DNA from: Promethearchaeota archaeon
GTDB lineage: Archaea > Asgardarchaeota > Lokiarchaeia > Sigyniarchaeales > SOKP01
Length of the DNA: 64,000 nucleotides
Assembly (NCBI GenBank): GCA_019057795.1
Contig: JAHLWS010000078.1
Coordinates: 64,001 to 128,000 of the forward strand
Direction: 5' to 3'
Shown: one piece after another, positions 1-10,440 of the stretch
How the letters are laid out: each line of letters begins with the position of its first letter
How positions within the stretch are numbered: the stretch's first letter is position 1
Translations under genes and position numbers: made by a program
Notes under the pieces: model-generated
What the model saw: only the letters and a program-made list of their open reading frames with translations
What the model was told of the DNA's origin: nothing
Database searches by the model: none

Positions 1-852
1 TTCATGAGCACCGATATTTCTTATTCCTGTCATCACACCCATAAAAATAAATTTAAATCCTCTCTGTTCATCAATATCTGATAGCGTTTCTAAAGAATTA
101 AGTTTAATAATTGGATTTTCTTCATTAAATGCTCTTGCCATAGCCCCAGATAAATCTTCTTTATGAATTTCTGCTTCTCTCTTCACAAAATTATTTAAAG
201 ATTTAACGGCTTCAAAAATGGATTCTGGATAATGTTTATCTTTATAAAGTCCATAACTTACTTCATATAAGTCTGGATGTAAATTAAGAAATATCAAGTC
301 TCTTCTTAAGTCAAAAAAATGGATTTTTATTAAATATATTAGTATCAAGAAAATGCTAATAATGGAAATATAAAAACTACTTTCCAGATGAATGGTATAA
401 TCAACAGAGAAACTAGAATGAAGGTTATTCAATGAATTGTGAATCGGTAAAATAAAGCCAAAAATATTTACTAATGTGAGATTTAAAATAAACATTATTA
501 AGCATAAAATTAGAATTACTTTTCTAGACGATATATTTTTCTTATGCATATAGTAAATTAAATCAAATAGAATAAGAAATATTCCCATTAAATATAAGAA
601 TATCCCTGTTTGTATCCAATACCCATTAAATACAATTTGATGCAATGGATTGGGAGTACTTACTGATTCAGAATTGAATTTATCTATAAAAATGTTAAAT
701 GCATTGAAATTAAATATTCCTAAAAAATCATCTGTACTATATTGTTGACCTGTAACTACAATAGAATATAAAGGAAGAAAATAATATAGAATTCCTAATG
801 AAATTAAAAAAACTGTTAATATATAATCAATAATCTGTGATCTATTAATCAT
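1..852 (-). CDS. Membrane protein with C-terminal TIGR02391-like (HEPN) domain, runs off the window edge
   Basis: Not in the ORF track. Manual translation from ATG 852 gives a hydrophobic N-terminus, then LHPDLYEVSYGLYKDKHYPESIFEAVK...DEQRGFKFIFMGVMTGIRNIGAHE. Confidence 0.75.
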   Translation of the reverse strand, partial: MINRSQIIDYILTVFLISLGILYYFLPLYSIVVTGQQYSTDDFLGIFNFNAFNIFIDKFNSESVSTPNPLHQIVFNGYWIQTGIFLYLMGIFLILFDLIYYMHKKNISSRKVILILCLIMFILNLTLVNIFGFILPIHNSLNNLHSSFSVDYTIHLESSFYISIISIFLILIYLIKIHFFDLRRDLIFLNLHPDLYEVSYGLYKDKHYPESIFEAVKSLNNFVKREAEIHKEDLSGAMARAFNEENPIIKLNSLETLSDIDEQRGFKFIFMGVMTGIRNIGAHE

Positions 853-1027
853 GTAATTGATACCTCTGGTTAAATACTTTGACTTTATTGTAAAGTATAA
901 ATAGTTAATATGTTTTAAAAATTATCAATTTTTGCAATAATTCAAGCAATATAGAAATTATTTAAGAGACTTTTTTCTTCTATGTCCTTCGATAAAATTG
1001 TTTAAAATCATCCCACAATCTTTTTTT

Positions 1028-1065
1028 ATCTCCCTCCCCAGTGGGGCCCCCTCCTAAAAAATTCG
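1028..1065 (+). repeat. Site A copy 1 (GC-rich cassette-boundary repeat)
   Basis: ATCTCCCTCCCC..GTGGGGCCCCCTCCTAAAAAA-TTCG. Confidence 0.9.
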
Positions 1066-1103
1066 ATATAAGTTTTGTTCTAAATGTGATACCTATTATT
1101 ATT

Positions 1104-2081
1104 TTAAAATTTAAAATATTTAAGAACGATATCTTTCATCCAATTAAAATTTAAAGTTAATAAAGCGTTTGAAACATATTTTTTATTATCAAATCTAGTT
1201 TCAAATGGAATTCTTATTAAAGTTGTCAGATCTGATTGCTCTAAAAGTTTTATCCCTTCAGGTGGTTTGAGCATTATTTTTCCTTTGAAATTCTCTATTT
1301 TTAAGATATCTCTATGATTTTCTTTAAGATAAATATAAATATCTTTATAAATCATCTGAATATATTCTCTAAATTGAAGTGGAGTAATCTTATACTTTTT
1401 TCTGATTAAGTTATTATACAAATTTTTTTTCCTAAGATTCCCCACTTTTCCAAAAACTTCCATATTATACCATTTTCTAGCAGCAACAATATCCTTTCTC
1501 TGAATAAAAATACTAATGACATCATCTACTATTATTCTAAAATCTAAAGTAATATTGATGAATTGAAACCTTTCGGGCATTAAGCTTGATTTTAAGAATG
1601 CTGTTAATTCATAAATCTCTGAGAAATCTTTTGTAATTCTTGGTTGTTTTGATATATTAAAAACTACAAATCTATTTACATCCAATTTGAATTTGCTATT
1701 AATAAAAATATCAATATAATCTGACTCAAGATTAATAAGATTTGATAACTTAATAAAAAAGAAATTGTCAATTAACCCAAAATATTTAGGTTCTAATCCC
1801 AGATTGTCCGAAGATTGTTGATCATATATTTCTACGTAAAACAAATCACTTGGGATTTGAATTGGATTTTTTAAATATTGCTCAAGCAGATTTTCAATAA
1901 ACGTAATTTCACTCATAAAATTATTATATGTTCTTAGTCGATAATGTAGAGTTAAATCTTCATTTTTGCCATTATATCTAAAAAAAACTAATTTGAATAT
2001 CTCATCATATTGGTTAAATTTCTCCATTAAGTTAGAAACACATTCGAATTTATCAATCTCTCCTATACTCATATTAATCAA
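1104..2081 (-). CDS. Hypothetical protein
   Basis: 325-aa ORF, 2 nt downstream of the upstream gene. Confidence 0.7.
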   Translation of the reverse strand: MINMSIGEIDKFECVSNLMEKFNQYDEIFKLVFFRYNGKNEDLTLHYRLRTYNNFMSEITFIENLLEQYLKNPIQIPSDLFYVEIYDQQSSDNLGLEPKYFGLIDNFFFIKLSNLINLESDYIDIFINSKFKLDVNRFVVFNISKQPRITKDFSEIYELTAFLKSSLMPERFQFINITLDFRIIVDDVISIFIQRKDIVAARKWYNMEVFGKVGNLRKKNLYNNLIRKKYKITPLQFREYIQMIYKDIYIYLKENHRDILKIENFKGKIMLKPPEGIKLLEQSDLTTLIRIPFETRFDNKKYVSNALLTLNFNWMKDIVLKYFKF

Positions 2082-2083
2082 CC

Positions 2084-3466
2084 TTATGTTTGGGCAGTCT
2101 CAACTGAGTAATTATAAATATAATCAAAATTAGCTTTGAATTCTTCAATATTACTTAGAGTAATAATTTCTTCATTAGAATAATATAGATTATTAAGAAC
2201 ATCTCTATATTGTACCTTAAAATGAAAATTAAACACACCTCGACCATTCATAATAAATTGTCCTATTAACTTGTCTAACTTTATCTCAGGAGGTATATCT
2301 TGCTCAAATTCGATAGGATCTTTCTTGTCAATTTCAATTGGTATGAGGTTATTATTATCGTCTTTTACATCTATTTCAATATTATCTATTGAGATTTGAA
2401 AATCCTTTAGACATGAAATATTTATCTCAAATAAACCATTATTTGAAGAATACTGCCGATTTTTTACTTTCAATCTCACAATTGGTTTTAATATATCAAT
2501 TTTGAGTTGTTTTTCGCTGATTTTTGATAATTTACTATCATACACCGAAATAATTAATGATTCTAAATTTACTGAATTATCACCGCTTGGCACCTTCGAT
2601 ACTAATTCAAAAGGAATATAATATAGGTTAATATTTTCATTATATAATGAAATAATATTATTTGATTCATCAAAAGTATGAATAATATTGTAAAAACTCT
2701 TTATTTTCAAATTTGGGGTTAGTTTAATTTCAATCTTAGAAATTTTAGTAGAAAATAGTTCAATCCAGACCAAAATCTTTTCATTTGGAAGAGCCCATTT
2801 GTTACAATCAGCTTTAAAGTAATCTTCTGCTTTTATATCGATTTCTTCATGTTTCTTAGTATCGATCCCACTGTAATAACCATTATAACTTTCTAATAAA
2901 CAAGAAATGAGTTTCGCTCCAAAATCGGTAATCTCATAATATGAATATTCATTTGATTTCTCAACTTTTTTAAAATAATTTTGAATCATACCTCCTAGTT
3001 CTAACTTTTGTAAATGATTACTTAAAACACTCTTATTCATTTTAGTAATTTCGATGATTTTTGTGAAAGTATATGGACCCCTTTCCCTTAACAACGAAGA
3101 TAATGCAAATCTAAATTTATTCGATACCGCTTTCAGAGCCTCAGATTGATGTAATAAAAAAGATTCCTGCAAATCGATTACAAATCTCATACCAAATTTA
3201 GTTAATTCATAAAATGAGAATTCTCTTGTTTCTTCACTTTTTAATAAATAATTTTGTACAACTCCAGCTAATTCTAGTGTTTTCAAATGATTTAAAACAA
3301 GACCATTTTCAAGATCCAATATACTTCCTAGTTTTGAAAGAGATAAATTCTTATTTTTGTATAATTGAAAAATTAGATCAATCCGAATTTTATGTCCAAG
3401 AGCTTTTAATAATAATTCAAAATCTTCAGGTATATCCTTAATATACTCTTCAAGATCTTTTGACAT
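2084..3466 (-). CDS. Tandem ArsR-type winged-HTH protein with C-terminal beta-rich domain
   Basis: Two repeats: LKALGHKIR...LNHLKTLELAGVV...YELTKFG and LKAVSNKFR...LSNHLQKLELGGMI...YEITDFG. Confidence 0.8.
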   Translation of the reverse strand: MSKDLEEYIKDIPEDFELLLKALGHKIRIDLIFQLYKNKNLSLSKLGSILDLENGLVLNHLKTLELAGVVQNYLLKSEETREFSFYELTKFGMRFVIDLQESFLLHQSEALKAVSNKFRFALSSLLRERGPYTFTKIIEITKMNKSVLSNHLQKLELGGMIQNYFKKVEKSNEYSYYEITDFGAKLISCLLESYNGYYSGIDTKKHEEIDIKAEDYFKADCNKWALPNEKILVWIELFSTKISKIEIKLTPNLKIKSFYNIIHTFDESNNIISLYNENINLYYIPFELVSKVPSGDNSVNLESLIISVYDSKLSKISEKQLKIDILKPIVRLKVKNRQYSSNNGLFEINISCLKDFQISIDNIEIDVKDDNNNLIPIEIDKKDPIEFEQDIPPEIKLDKLIGQFIMNGRGVFNFHFKVQYRDVLNNLYYSNEEIITLSNIEEFKANFDYIYNYSVETAQT

Positions 3467-3546
3467 AGTTTAATTCATTTTATTTATTTAATAATAAATT
3501 ATATACCTAGGTATATAAAAATTAACCATTTTTAAATTTAACTTTT

Positions 3547-4038
3547 TCAAAAAATAATATTTCTGTGGATAAAAATTAAACAATGTTGATATATCTCATT
3601 CTCATCGTTATATATATAGACATTTAGCCTCTTTTCACTCATTAATCCCCTAGATACAGTGTAATTATAGTCATAAGGAATGTAAACAATCAACTTATTA
3701 GACTTTTCTTCAAAATATTTAGAATGTATTAATGAAGATAACTCAGTTATTACAGAATTGTTTTTTTCGGGGAATAATACAAATATATTAAAATCTGAAT
3801 TTTTCATTAATTTAACCATTTCAGTATAAATGTAAGCATTTCTATCTTTTTCTTTTAGTACATCCTCACTAGGTTCATGAATTACCTCATTTGCTAAGAA
3901 AGTGTTCATAAAACCTTTTTCTCTAAGGATTTTAACTAATCTATCTACAACAGGTTTGTTAATTGGATGATAAGATCCGAGTACTAAAATTTCAGTTTGG
4001 ATATGATTAATATTTAATCTTTTGAATTCTGACATCAT
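3547..4038 (-). CDS. Hypothetical protein, possible TIR/nucleoside deoxyribosyltransferase-like fold
   Basis: ILVLGSY...LREKGF..TFLA...SDFNIFV...SVITEL pattern; start moved to ATG 4038. Confidence 0.5.
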   Translation of the reverse strand: MMSEFKRLNINHIQTEILVLGSYHPINKPVVDRLVKILREKGFMNTFLANEVIHEPSEDVLKEKDRNAYIYTEMVKLMKNSDFNIFVLFPEKNNSVITELSSLIHSKYFEEKSNKLIVYIPYDYNYTVSRGLMSEKRLNVYIYNDENEIYQHCLIFIHRNIIF

Positions 4039-4391
4039 TAAATAATATTGTACTATAGCTAAATCGATTTTTATGAAATAATAATAATAATAAATCATTA
4101 ATATTTAAAACAAGATACATCTTGAGTTTAATAAGAGATAAATTATTATAATTTTTAAAAAAAGTTTAATTATCAGTTTCATTAACGATTTCTCTAACTA
4201 CTTGTAGAAATTTGTTTTTCTGGTTTTGCTCAAATTCTCAACATTGGAAACTATTTGTATTCTAAAAACGAATTTTGAGAAATATTGCGTGTCTTAAATC
4301 ACAATCTTCAATAATTTTGATATTGAATAATGCTCCTTATTCCTTTAACTAATTCTTTTAAATATTCTTATTATTTCTCGTTACAATATTC

Positions 4392-4430
4392 ATCTCCCTC
4401 CCCCGTGGTGCTCCCTCTTAAAAAAGTAGG
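4392..4430 (+). repeat. Site A copy 2
   Basis: ATCTCCCTCCCCCGTGGTGCTCCCTCTTAAAAAAGTAGG. Confidence 0.95.
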
Positions 4431-4540
4431 CTCTTAATTAAGTAATTTAAACATCCCTCAACTATAATGTTTCACCTGTCAACCCATCAATCAATTGAGC
4501 CCAGATTTCTAATTTCCTTCTTAAAAATTAGGTATTTAGT

Positions 4541-4762
4541 TTATAGTTTGTTATGTGGTTTAAAATCTGGAACTTGTATTTCTTCTCCACAATTTTTACA
4601 TACAACAGTAGGAATTATACCAGATCTTATCTCTCCATGCTGCATATTCTCTAATGAGGGTTTTCCCCAATTCTTTACCTTCTCTTTTGAAAATTCATAA
4701 GGAAATGTTTCTCCACATTTTAAACATTTAATATTATGTATTTCAGTAATTAACATCACCAA
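4541..4762 (-). CDS. Small zinc-ribbon protein
   Basis: CLKC...CKNC; only plausible gene between site A copies 2 and 3. Confidence 0.65.
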   Translation of the reverse strand: MVMLITEIHNIKCLKCGETFPYEFSKEKVKNWGKPSLENMQHGEIRSGIIPTVVCKNCGEEIQVPDFKPHNKL

Positions 4763-4842
4763 TATAAATAATTTAACTCATCTATCAAATAAATTCTTTA
4801 ATTTTTATTGTTATGGATTTTCTTTCTTTCTCTCTTTATTGA

Positions 4843-4882
4843 CTCCCTCCCCTCGATGCTGCCTCCTAAAAAAGTAGGGGAA
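4843..4882 (+). repeat. Site A copy 3
   Basis: CTCCCTCCCCTCGATGCTGCCTCCTAAAAAAGTAGGGG. Confidence 0.85.
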
Positions 4883-4901
4883 GGATTAAAAATTGCGGAA
4901 T

Positions 4902-5741
4902 TTACATTATGTTAAGACCTGCATCTTTACATCTCTCTTTTATCATTTCCAAAAATTCTTTTAAAATATCAAGATTTTTATCTGGTTCACTATAATGATA
5001 GGTTCTATCATTATGCTTAGAAATGTAGAGGGATTTACGATAAGCGTGATTTAGAATTAAATTCCATTTTTGGTATTCAATTAACATAGAATCCCCGTAT
5101 CCCGGTCTAAGCCTTCTATAATCCATTTTTAAGACCTTCTGAAGATTTTTCTCTCCAATTTCATCAAAAATCGTTTTGATATCAATATGAATATGTTCTA
5201 AATCATCTGAAGCTAATCTATTATAGAGATTCTTAAATTTTTCTTCTAAATAATTTTTTTGATAATCTCCAACATTATAAGTATGACTTGAAATAATTGT
5301 AATAGGATTAATAACTTCGCTCTTACCTAAATATCCAACCTGCTTCATGATCTTTTCTACAAATTTAATATATTCTATGGCTAAAGGTTTCTTAATAGTT
5401 TTTAAATCCAAATGTTCTAATCCATGTTGATACTTACTTCTATCTCTATGATATTTTTTCACGAATTCATTATATTTTGGTACCTTAGGATAAAAAAATT
5501 CTAAAATTCCTTTGTATAATTCCCTAAAATCCCGAGTTCTATATTTTTTATCATTCGTATATACTAAATCTTCCCTCTTCTTTTCTATTCCAATTAGCAT
5601 ACAAATTTTACTAAGTACATTATCTGCTATATAATGTCCTAATTCATATACTTCACTCATTTCATTTTTAGCTATAAATTTTCCAATCGCTAGCATTCTT
5701 TTAAGAGTATCAATGCGGTGCTTATTATCCTCAACAAACAT
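4902..5741 (-). CDS. HEPN-like domain protein
   Basis: Helical N-terminal domain with RSKYQH (Rx4H). Confidence 0.55.
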   Translation of the reverse strand: MFVEDNKHRIDTLKRMLAIGKFIAKNEMSEVYELGHYIADNVLSKICMLIGIEKKREDLVYTNDKKYRTRDFRELYKGILEFFYPKVPKYNEFVKKYHRDRSKYQHGLEHLDLKTIKKPLAIEYIKFVEKIMKQVGYLGKSEVINPITIISSHTYNVGDYQKNYLEEKFKNLYNRLASDDLEHIHIDIKTIFDEIGEKNLQKVLKMDYRRLRPGYGDSMLIEYQKWNLILNHAYRKSLYISKHNDRTYHYSEPDKNLDILKEFLEMIKERCKDAGLNIM

Positions 5742-6014
5742 AGTATCCTAAAATCATCAATTTTTGAAAGAAATCTATAATTCTATGATTTATAACACAA
5801 TTCAGTTATATAAATAAGAGAGGTTTAAGGATTAATAATTAATATGGCAATAACAACGAAAAATTTTGACTGTGGGTTCCTATTTCATGTTTTTATAATA
5901 TTATACTTAACAGATTCAAATTAAAATATGAATGTAATTAGGTTTTTTATTTAAATACTCAAGAAATTATGTAGTTTTAAATCATTATATCAATATATAC
6001 AAGTAAAAAAGGAA

Positions 6015-6224
6015 GTGATCGGTTTGAAACTAAAAGAAGAAGAAAGCTTTCATGGAGAATTAATTGAAACACCAGAAGAATTCATAGAGGATCTGTGCGA
6101 GAGACTCAATATCGCCTATAGCACACTAATGGAAGAAGATGATAAAATGAATCGGCTCGCTTATATCACCACTTTTCTAATCGCTTTCAAAGGAAGACTG
6201 AATCGAGTCTGCGAAAATATATAG
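6015..6224 (+). CDS. Small conserved acidic protein, repeat family B copy 1
   Basis: 69 aa; paralogues at 12239 and 42677, fragments at 31438 and 36375. Confidence 0.8.
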   Translation: MIGLKLKEEESFHGELIETPEEFIEDLCERLNIAYSTLMEEDDKMNRLAYITTFLIAFKGRLNRVCENI

Positions 6225-6288
6225 AAATTTATGTCTGCAATTTAATAATAATTATATAAAAAGATAGATTTTAAACGGTAGTAAAAAC

Positions 6289-6951
6289 ATGCCCGAGATA
6301 ATTATTCATAAAAAACCTGACCTGAAAGAAGTTAATGGTGAAGAATTTTATCATATACAAAGGTCTAATCTCCCAATCCGTTGGGAAATTGGGCAACAAA
6401 TTGAAGTAGGAAAGGAGTATAATTATTTTTATGAATATTTTTTTGATCACCGAATGGGAGTTAAGAATTCCGCAGGTGATTTTATTTCCTTAAACTATTT
6501 GTTGGAAAAAATTATTGCTACTCATGAAGGGAAAGAGGATCCAGATTCTGATATAGAATGTATTTATGGTTATGATCTATTAAAATCGCTAAAAGATGCT
6601 TCAGTTGCAATTAAGGAATATACAATGTTATTAAGAGAAATAATATCTGAGCAAGTAAGAGTTGAAAAATTCAGCAATTTGCCATCAAGATTAAAATGTA
6701 TCTGGGTTCTTCCCAATTTAGATTCAGTTAGGTATTGGAAACCAATAATTGAGGGACGGATTTTAAAATTAAGTTTGACAGGAAAAATCTTAAAAACGGA
6801 TGCTGCTTTCCTCAAAAATGACACATTTTCTTTAAATGAATTTAAAAAACAAGCTGAATTTTATTGGGCAGGTATTAAACAAGAAGGTTCTAATGCTGAG
6901 GAAATTCTTTTCTCTGGTACTATAGTTGTATTAGAAGAAATAAAAATTTAA
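6289..6951 (+). CDS. DUF2441-like protein (putative ADP-ribosyltransferase-like fold)
   Basis: FYHIQ...REIISEQVRVEKFSNLPSRLKCIWV...AEFYWAG...EEILFSG. Confidence 0.65.
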   Translation: MPEIIIHKKPDLKEVNGEEFYHIQRSNLPIRWEIGQQIEVGKEYNYFYEYFFDHRMGVKNSAGDFISLNYLLEKIIATHEGKEDPDSDIECIYGYDLLKSLKDASVAIKEYTMLLREIISEQVRVEKFSNLPSRLKCIWVLPNLDSVRYWKPIIEGRILKLSLTGKILKTDAAFLKNDTFSLNEFKKQAEFYWAGIKQEGSNAEEILFSGTIVVLEEIKI

Positions 6952-7091
6952 TTAATGCTACTCTCTGAAATGGTTTTGAAGTTCTCTTTATGAGCAAAAC
7001 GTTTGATTAATCTTTTTTTACTTGATGGGACAGTGAATTGCACATATTTATAGGTGTATCTATTTTTATTTGGTCTTGGATTTTCGCTCAT
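6948..7091 (-). pseudogene. Truncated ribbon-helix-helix (CopG-like) ORF
   Basis: Manual translation MSENPRPNKNRYTYKYVQFTVPSSKKRLIKRFAHKENFKTISESSIN*; breaks where the second RHH helix should be, abutting the DUF2441 stop. Confidence 0.4.
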
Positions 7092-7435
7092 TTTTCTTTT
7101 TCACCGTTTTAAGAGACACAAGGTTCGAGCCTTTTTAAATTTTGTCCCAATTTCAAAGGAAATTTGGATGGAAAGGTAAATTCAGAGTCATTTTCCCATG
7201 AAAATTTCATAAAAAATTCCCCCTCCCCTCAAATGAACGAAAAATTAAAATAAACAAGGGACTTAAAAAAACAGGAATAAAAGTTATTTTAAAGTTAAAT
7301 AAATATAAAATTACTTCTGATGGTTTGTGGCACATAAATAATGAAAAAGACCGTTCAGGACTTGAACTTTATATTAGAATTAAACACTTAGATAGATTGA
7401 GATACTAATCAAAAAGCATAATTGATCACAAATAA

Positions 7436-8428
7436 CTATTTTTTTCTTTCTGCTACAGTTTCTTCTTCTAAAGAATTACGTTTTGTTTTTTCGTCTCTTA
7501 TTACTTTTTTTACTTTTGCTCTTTCTTCAACAATTTTCTTGTCTTGTTGTTTTTCATCTTTTATTACTTTCTTCCTTTGTTTCTCTAGAATTTTTTTCAT
7601 ACTTTCAGTATATTTTTGTTGTCCCTTCTTTTGACTCAATACAGCATCTACAAGAAAAACTAATGAAGTACTAATTGATTCTGCATCTTCTAAACATTCT
7701 GTATCTGTTCTTCCATGCAACCCTTTACTTAAAGCATCGTGTAATGTTTTTAAAGGATTAAACTGTTCTGGCTTTAATATTAATGGTAATAGGTCTTTTA
7801 CGAGTGCTATTTTTTTTGTAGCAGTTTTAGTTTTTCTTACTTCTTCTAATGCTACTTGATATTTTTCTAATTCTTCCCCGCTCATTAAATCTGTAATCGA
7901 TTCTAGTAATTGTCCAATAATATCTTCGACAATTCTCCTATAATAAGCAAATGCTCCAATTCCATAACTGTGAAATTCACAGGTTTTACCTTTTTTATAA
8001 TATTCAGAATATCCCTTTAATATCTTTTTTAGAGTCTTTTCAATATTTATATCCCATGCTGGAAATTGTCCAACTTTTTCAATAGTTTTCAATCCCTTCC
8101 CCATTTTTATAGCAAAAAACCGATGAAATTTTTCACAATACGCACAAATATAATTTAGATTAACTAAATCATTTTCTTCGAGTGTTGGAGGAGGTGGTGG
8201 TTTGAATATTTTAATAACAACATCTTTTTCTTTTTTATGATTGTATTTATGAGTAAGTCTGAAAGTCCGAATTTCATTACAATTTGGACAGTACATATTT
8301 AAATTAACATCTGGCAAATCAACAATAGTAATAGGGAAAAGAAATGAATTTTTTCCAAAATCAAAATCAAATTTTTGATAGAGTGAATATTCCTCAAGAA
8401 ATTTTGCATCTGGCATGATTAATTTCAC
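7436..8428 (-). CDS. Zinc-finger plus DUF4145/HEPN-like protein
   Basis: CPNC...CAYC, then YYKKG...GIGAFAYYRRIVE...LSKGLH; charged tail. Confidence 0.65.
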   Translation of the reverse strand: MKLIMPDAKFLEEYSLYQKFDFDFGKNSFLFPITIVDLPDVNLNMYCPNCNEIRTFRLTHKYNHKKEKDVVIKIFKPPPPPTLEENDLVNLNYICAYCEKFHRFFAIKMGKGLKTIEKVGQFPAWDINIEKTLKKILKGYSEYYKKGKTCEFHSYGIGAFAYYRRIVEDIIGQLLESITDLMSGEELEKYQVALEEVRKTKTATKKIALVKDLLPLILKPEQFNPLKTLHDALSKGLHGRTDTECLEDAESISTSLVFLVDAVLSQKKGQQKYTESMKKILEKQRKKVIKDEKQQDKKIVEERAKVKKVIRDEKTKRNSLEEETVAERKK

Positions 8429-8568
8429 CTAGAATATCTTGAAATTATAATAAATAAAAAAGAATTCAAATATTTAAATAAATAGATAGCGAAATGGTAT
8501 AGGGAATTTTTAGAGTTATTAAAATTTAAAATCAAGGTCAGATAATTAATTTAATTCTCAATTTTTTT

Positions 8569-8817
8569 TTACATTTTTATTTTCTTATACTTAGATCTAT
8601 TAAAATCATTTTTTTTTGTTTTCTTTTCCTTCTTTTCTAAAATTTCTTCTTTCTTCGTCTGAACTTCTACTTTAGAAGATTCATCATTTTCTATTCCATC
8701 CTTTCTGGATTTAGGTTTATTGTCAATCTTCTCTTTTTTTAAGGGTTCCTGCATTGCTTCCTTTACTTTTTCTTTTTCCTTATCCTTCTTTCTTTCTAAT
8801 TCTTTTACTGGTGACAT
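8569..8817 (-). CDS. Small Lys/Glu-rich protein
   Basis: Probable start ATG 8817 (MSPVKELERKK), just downstream of the site A promoter arm. Confidence 0.5.
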   Translation of the reverse strand: MSPVKELERKKDKEKEKVKEAMQEPLKKEKIDNKPKSRKDGIENDESSKVEVQTKKEEILEKKEKKTKKNDFNRSKYKKIKM

Positions 8818-8857
8818 TATTACTATCTTTTCTTGATATTTTTTAATTAAATTCCCT

Positions 8858-8955
8858 CTTAACCTAAAATACACACAACAGAAATATAAGACTTTTCCCA
8901 TTTTCCTTAATAATTTGCATTTCCCGCCTCTTGTTGCCCCCTCCTAAAAATGTAG
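8858..8955 (+). repeat. Site A copy 4 (long form with promoter arm, diverged)
   Basis: CTTAACCTAAAATACACACAACAGAAATATAAGACTTTTCC...TTGTTGCCCCCTCCTAAAAATGTAG. Confidence 0.8.
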
Positions 8956-8994
8956 TTTTTTTCTCTTTATTTGCAGATTCAAGGTGTAGAACTA

Positions 8995-9702
8995 TCACCT
9001 TCTTAAAAAAGAATAATAACTTGTAAGTTTTGTAGGGTATTTCACTCCATTCCATTCTATAGTGCTATTACTCCACATATTATTACCATCATTATCATAT
9101 ATCATTTCTTCTAGGAGATTATCATATGCATCCTGAGAAATTTCGACATGATAGGGAGATCTTGCTTGATTGGCTATAGCAACTGCAAAATTAACACATT
9201 TTCCAATAAAAACTAGATCATTATTATTAGCATCCCTAGAAATTCCTGCTCTAAGAATATATACTTCACCCAAATCTATTCCAATCCCGAAATCAAGTTT
9301 TTCATATTTTTCAAAATGTTTTGAAAATTCAATGTCCAAGAACCATTTAGTTACCATTGCTGCTTCCACAGCGGTAGTTATCTGTTTCTTATAAGCACCA
9401 GCCCAAAAGGCCAAAATTGAATCTCCCTGAAAGCTTCTTATTTTTCCACCGTATTTTTGCGCTACCTTTGCAGCTACTGTCAGAAAGGCTTTATGAATTT
9501 TACCAGAAGTTTGTTTATGATGTTGAAAGAGTAAATCACTTGAATTCCTCAGATCAATACTATAGGCACATAGATTCAACTTTTTTGCTTTCTTTTTAAA
9601 AGAAACATTATCAACTGATGGAATATCTGTAATTTCAGAAACTTCATAATCCCCTGCTAAATACTCGCGCACCTGATTTTCTAAATCATTCACAAACCCC
9701 AA
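8995..9702 (-). CDS. pycC: Class III nucleotide cyclase, Pycsar-type
   Basis: SIDLRNSS, GGKIRSFQGDSILAFW, FGIGIDLGEV, NDLVFIGKCVNFAVAI; adjacent to a Pycsar TM effector. Confidence 0.8.
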   Translation of the reverse strand: MGFVNDLENQVREYLAGDYEVSEITDIPSVDNVSFKKKAKKLNLCAYSIDLRNSSDLLFQHHKQTSGKIHKAFLTVAAKVAQKYGGKIRSFQGDSILAFWAGAYKKQITTAVEAAMVTKWFLDIEFSKHFEKYEKLDFGIGIDLGEVYILRAGISRDANNNDLVFIGKCVNFAVAIANQARSPYHVEISQDAYDNLLEEMIYDNDGNNMWSNSTIEWNGVKYPTKLTSYYSFLRR

Positions 9703-9720
9703 ATTTCTATCGCCTTCATT

Positions 9721-10275
9721 TTAAACTAATAGATTAATAAAACCACTTAAAATCAAAAATAGAATTGTTAAACCCATATTAGTTATTAAAAAGTAGATCG
9801 AATAATTGACAAACTTGAATTTTTCTTTTGCTATATAAGATAATTGATAAATTTGTTTTGAATACTCTTCCATTAAATCTTCTTCATTTAAGTCCTTTAT
9901 TTTGGAGTAATAATCATTAGAATTTTTATATTTCAATACATGTTTAAAATAAAACAATCCCTTCCGTTCTCTCTCTGACTTCTCCTTTGCTTCCCTAGGT
10001 TTAAAAACCAAAATTGTGCAAATAGTTCCACATATTGATGAACTTATCAAAACTATTGTTATTATTATGTAAAAAATTACAAATCCTTGATACTCGTCAA
10101 ATAATATTCCCGCTTTCTTAAAAACATCAGATAATAATGAAAATCCTAACCCTATAGTAATTAATAAACTGTGAATTGTCAAAGAAATATTTGCCTTAGA
10201 ATCTGCTAAAGCAATCATACCTTGAGAATCAGAATAAGCCTTTGAAAGAACTTCATTTTTGTTTTTAATATCCAT
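9721..10275 (-). CDS. pycTM: Pycsar transmembrane effector (DUF5706-like)
   Basis: IALADSKA motif, 3 TM segments, PR...GLFYF...QIYQLSYIAKEKF. Confidence 0.8.
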   Translation of the reverse strand: MDIKNKNEVLSKAYSDSQGMIALADSKANISLTIHSLLITIGLGFSLLSDVFKKAGILFDEYQGFVIFYIIITIVLISSSICGTICTILVFKPREAKEKSERERKGLFYFKHVLKYKNSNDYYSKIKDLNEEDLMEEYSKQIYQLSYIAKEKFKFVNYSIYFLITNMGLTILFLILSGFINLLV

Positions 10276-10440
10276 TTCTACCCTCTTTATTAAATGTGTT
10301 ATCTAATGTTATATAAAATGAATAATAAATAAATATTTTTAGTAGGTATTGTTAGACTTTAATAAAGAAATAGAAAAAAATTTTAACTATTTATAGCTTA
10401 TCAACATGAAATTGGTTATATTAAGTATAAATTTTTTATG

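Noticed and set aside
4392-4430. Site A as an ORB/replication origin or G-quadruplex
   Set aside because: It has G-strings on the minus strand but no TCCA-N-GAAAC ORB core, no cdc6 nearby and a dispersed layout. Only three G-runs of 3 or more, so a G4 is speculative.
8864-9055. Site A as a coding repeat (minus strand reads PTFLGGGTTGEGD...)
   Set aside because: No consistent start codon, copies carry indels, and conservation is strongest in the C-runs and inverted core. It could be an ancestral gene end but is not supported as a CDS.
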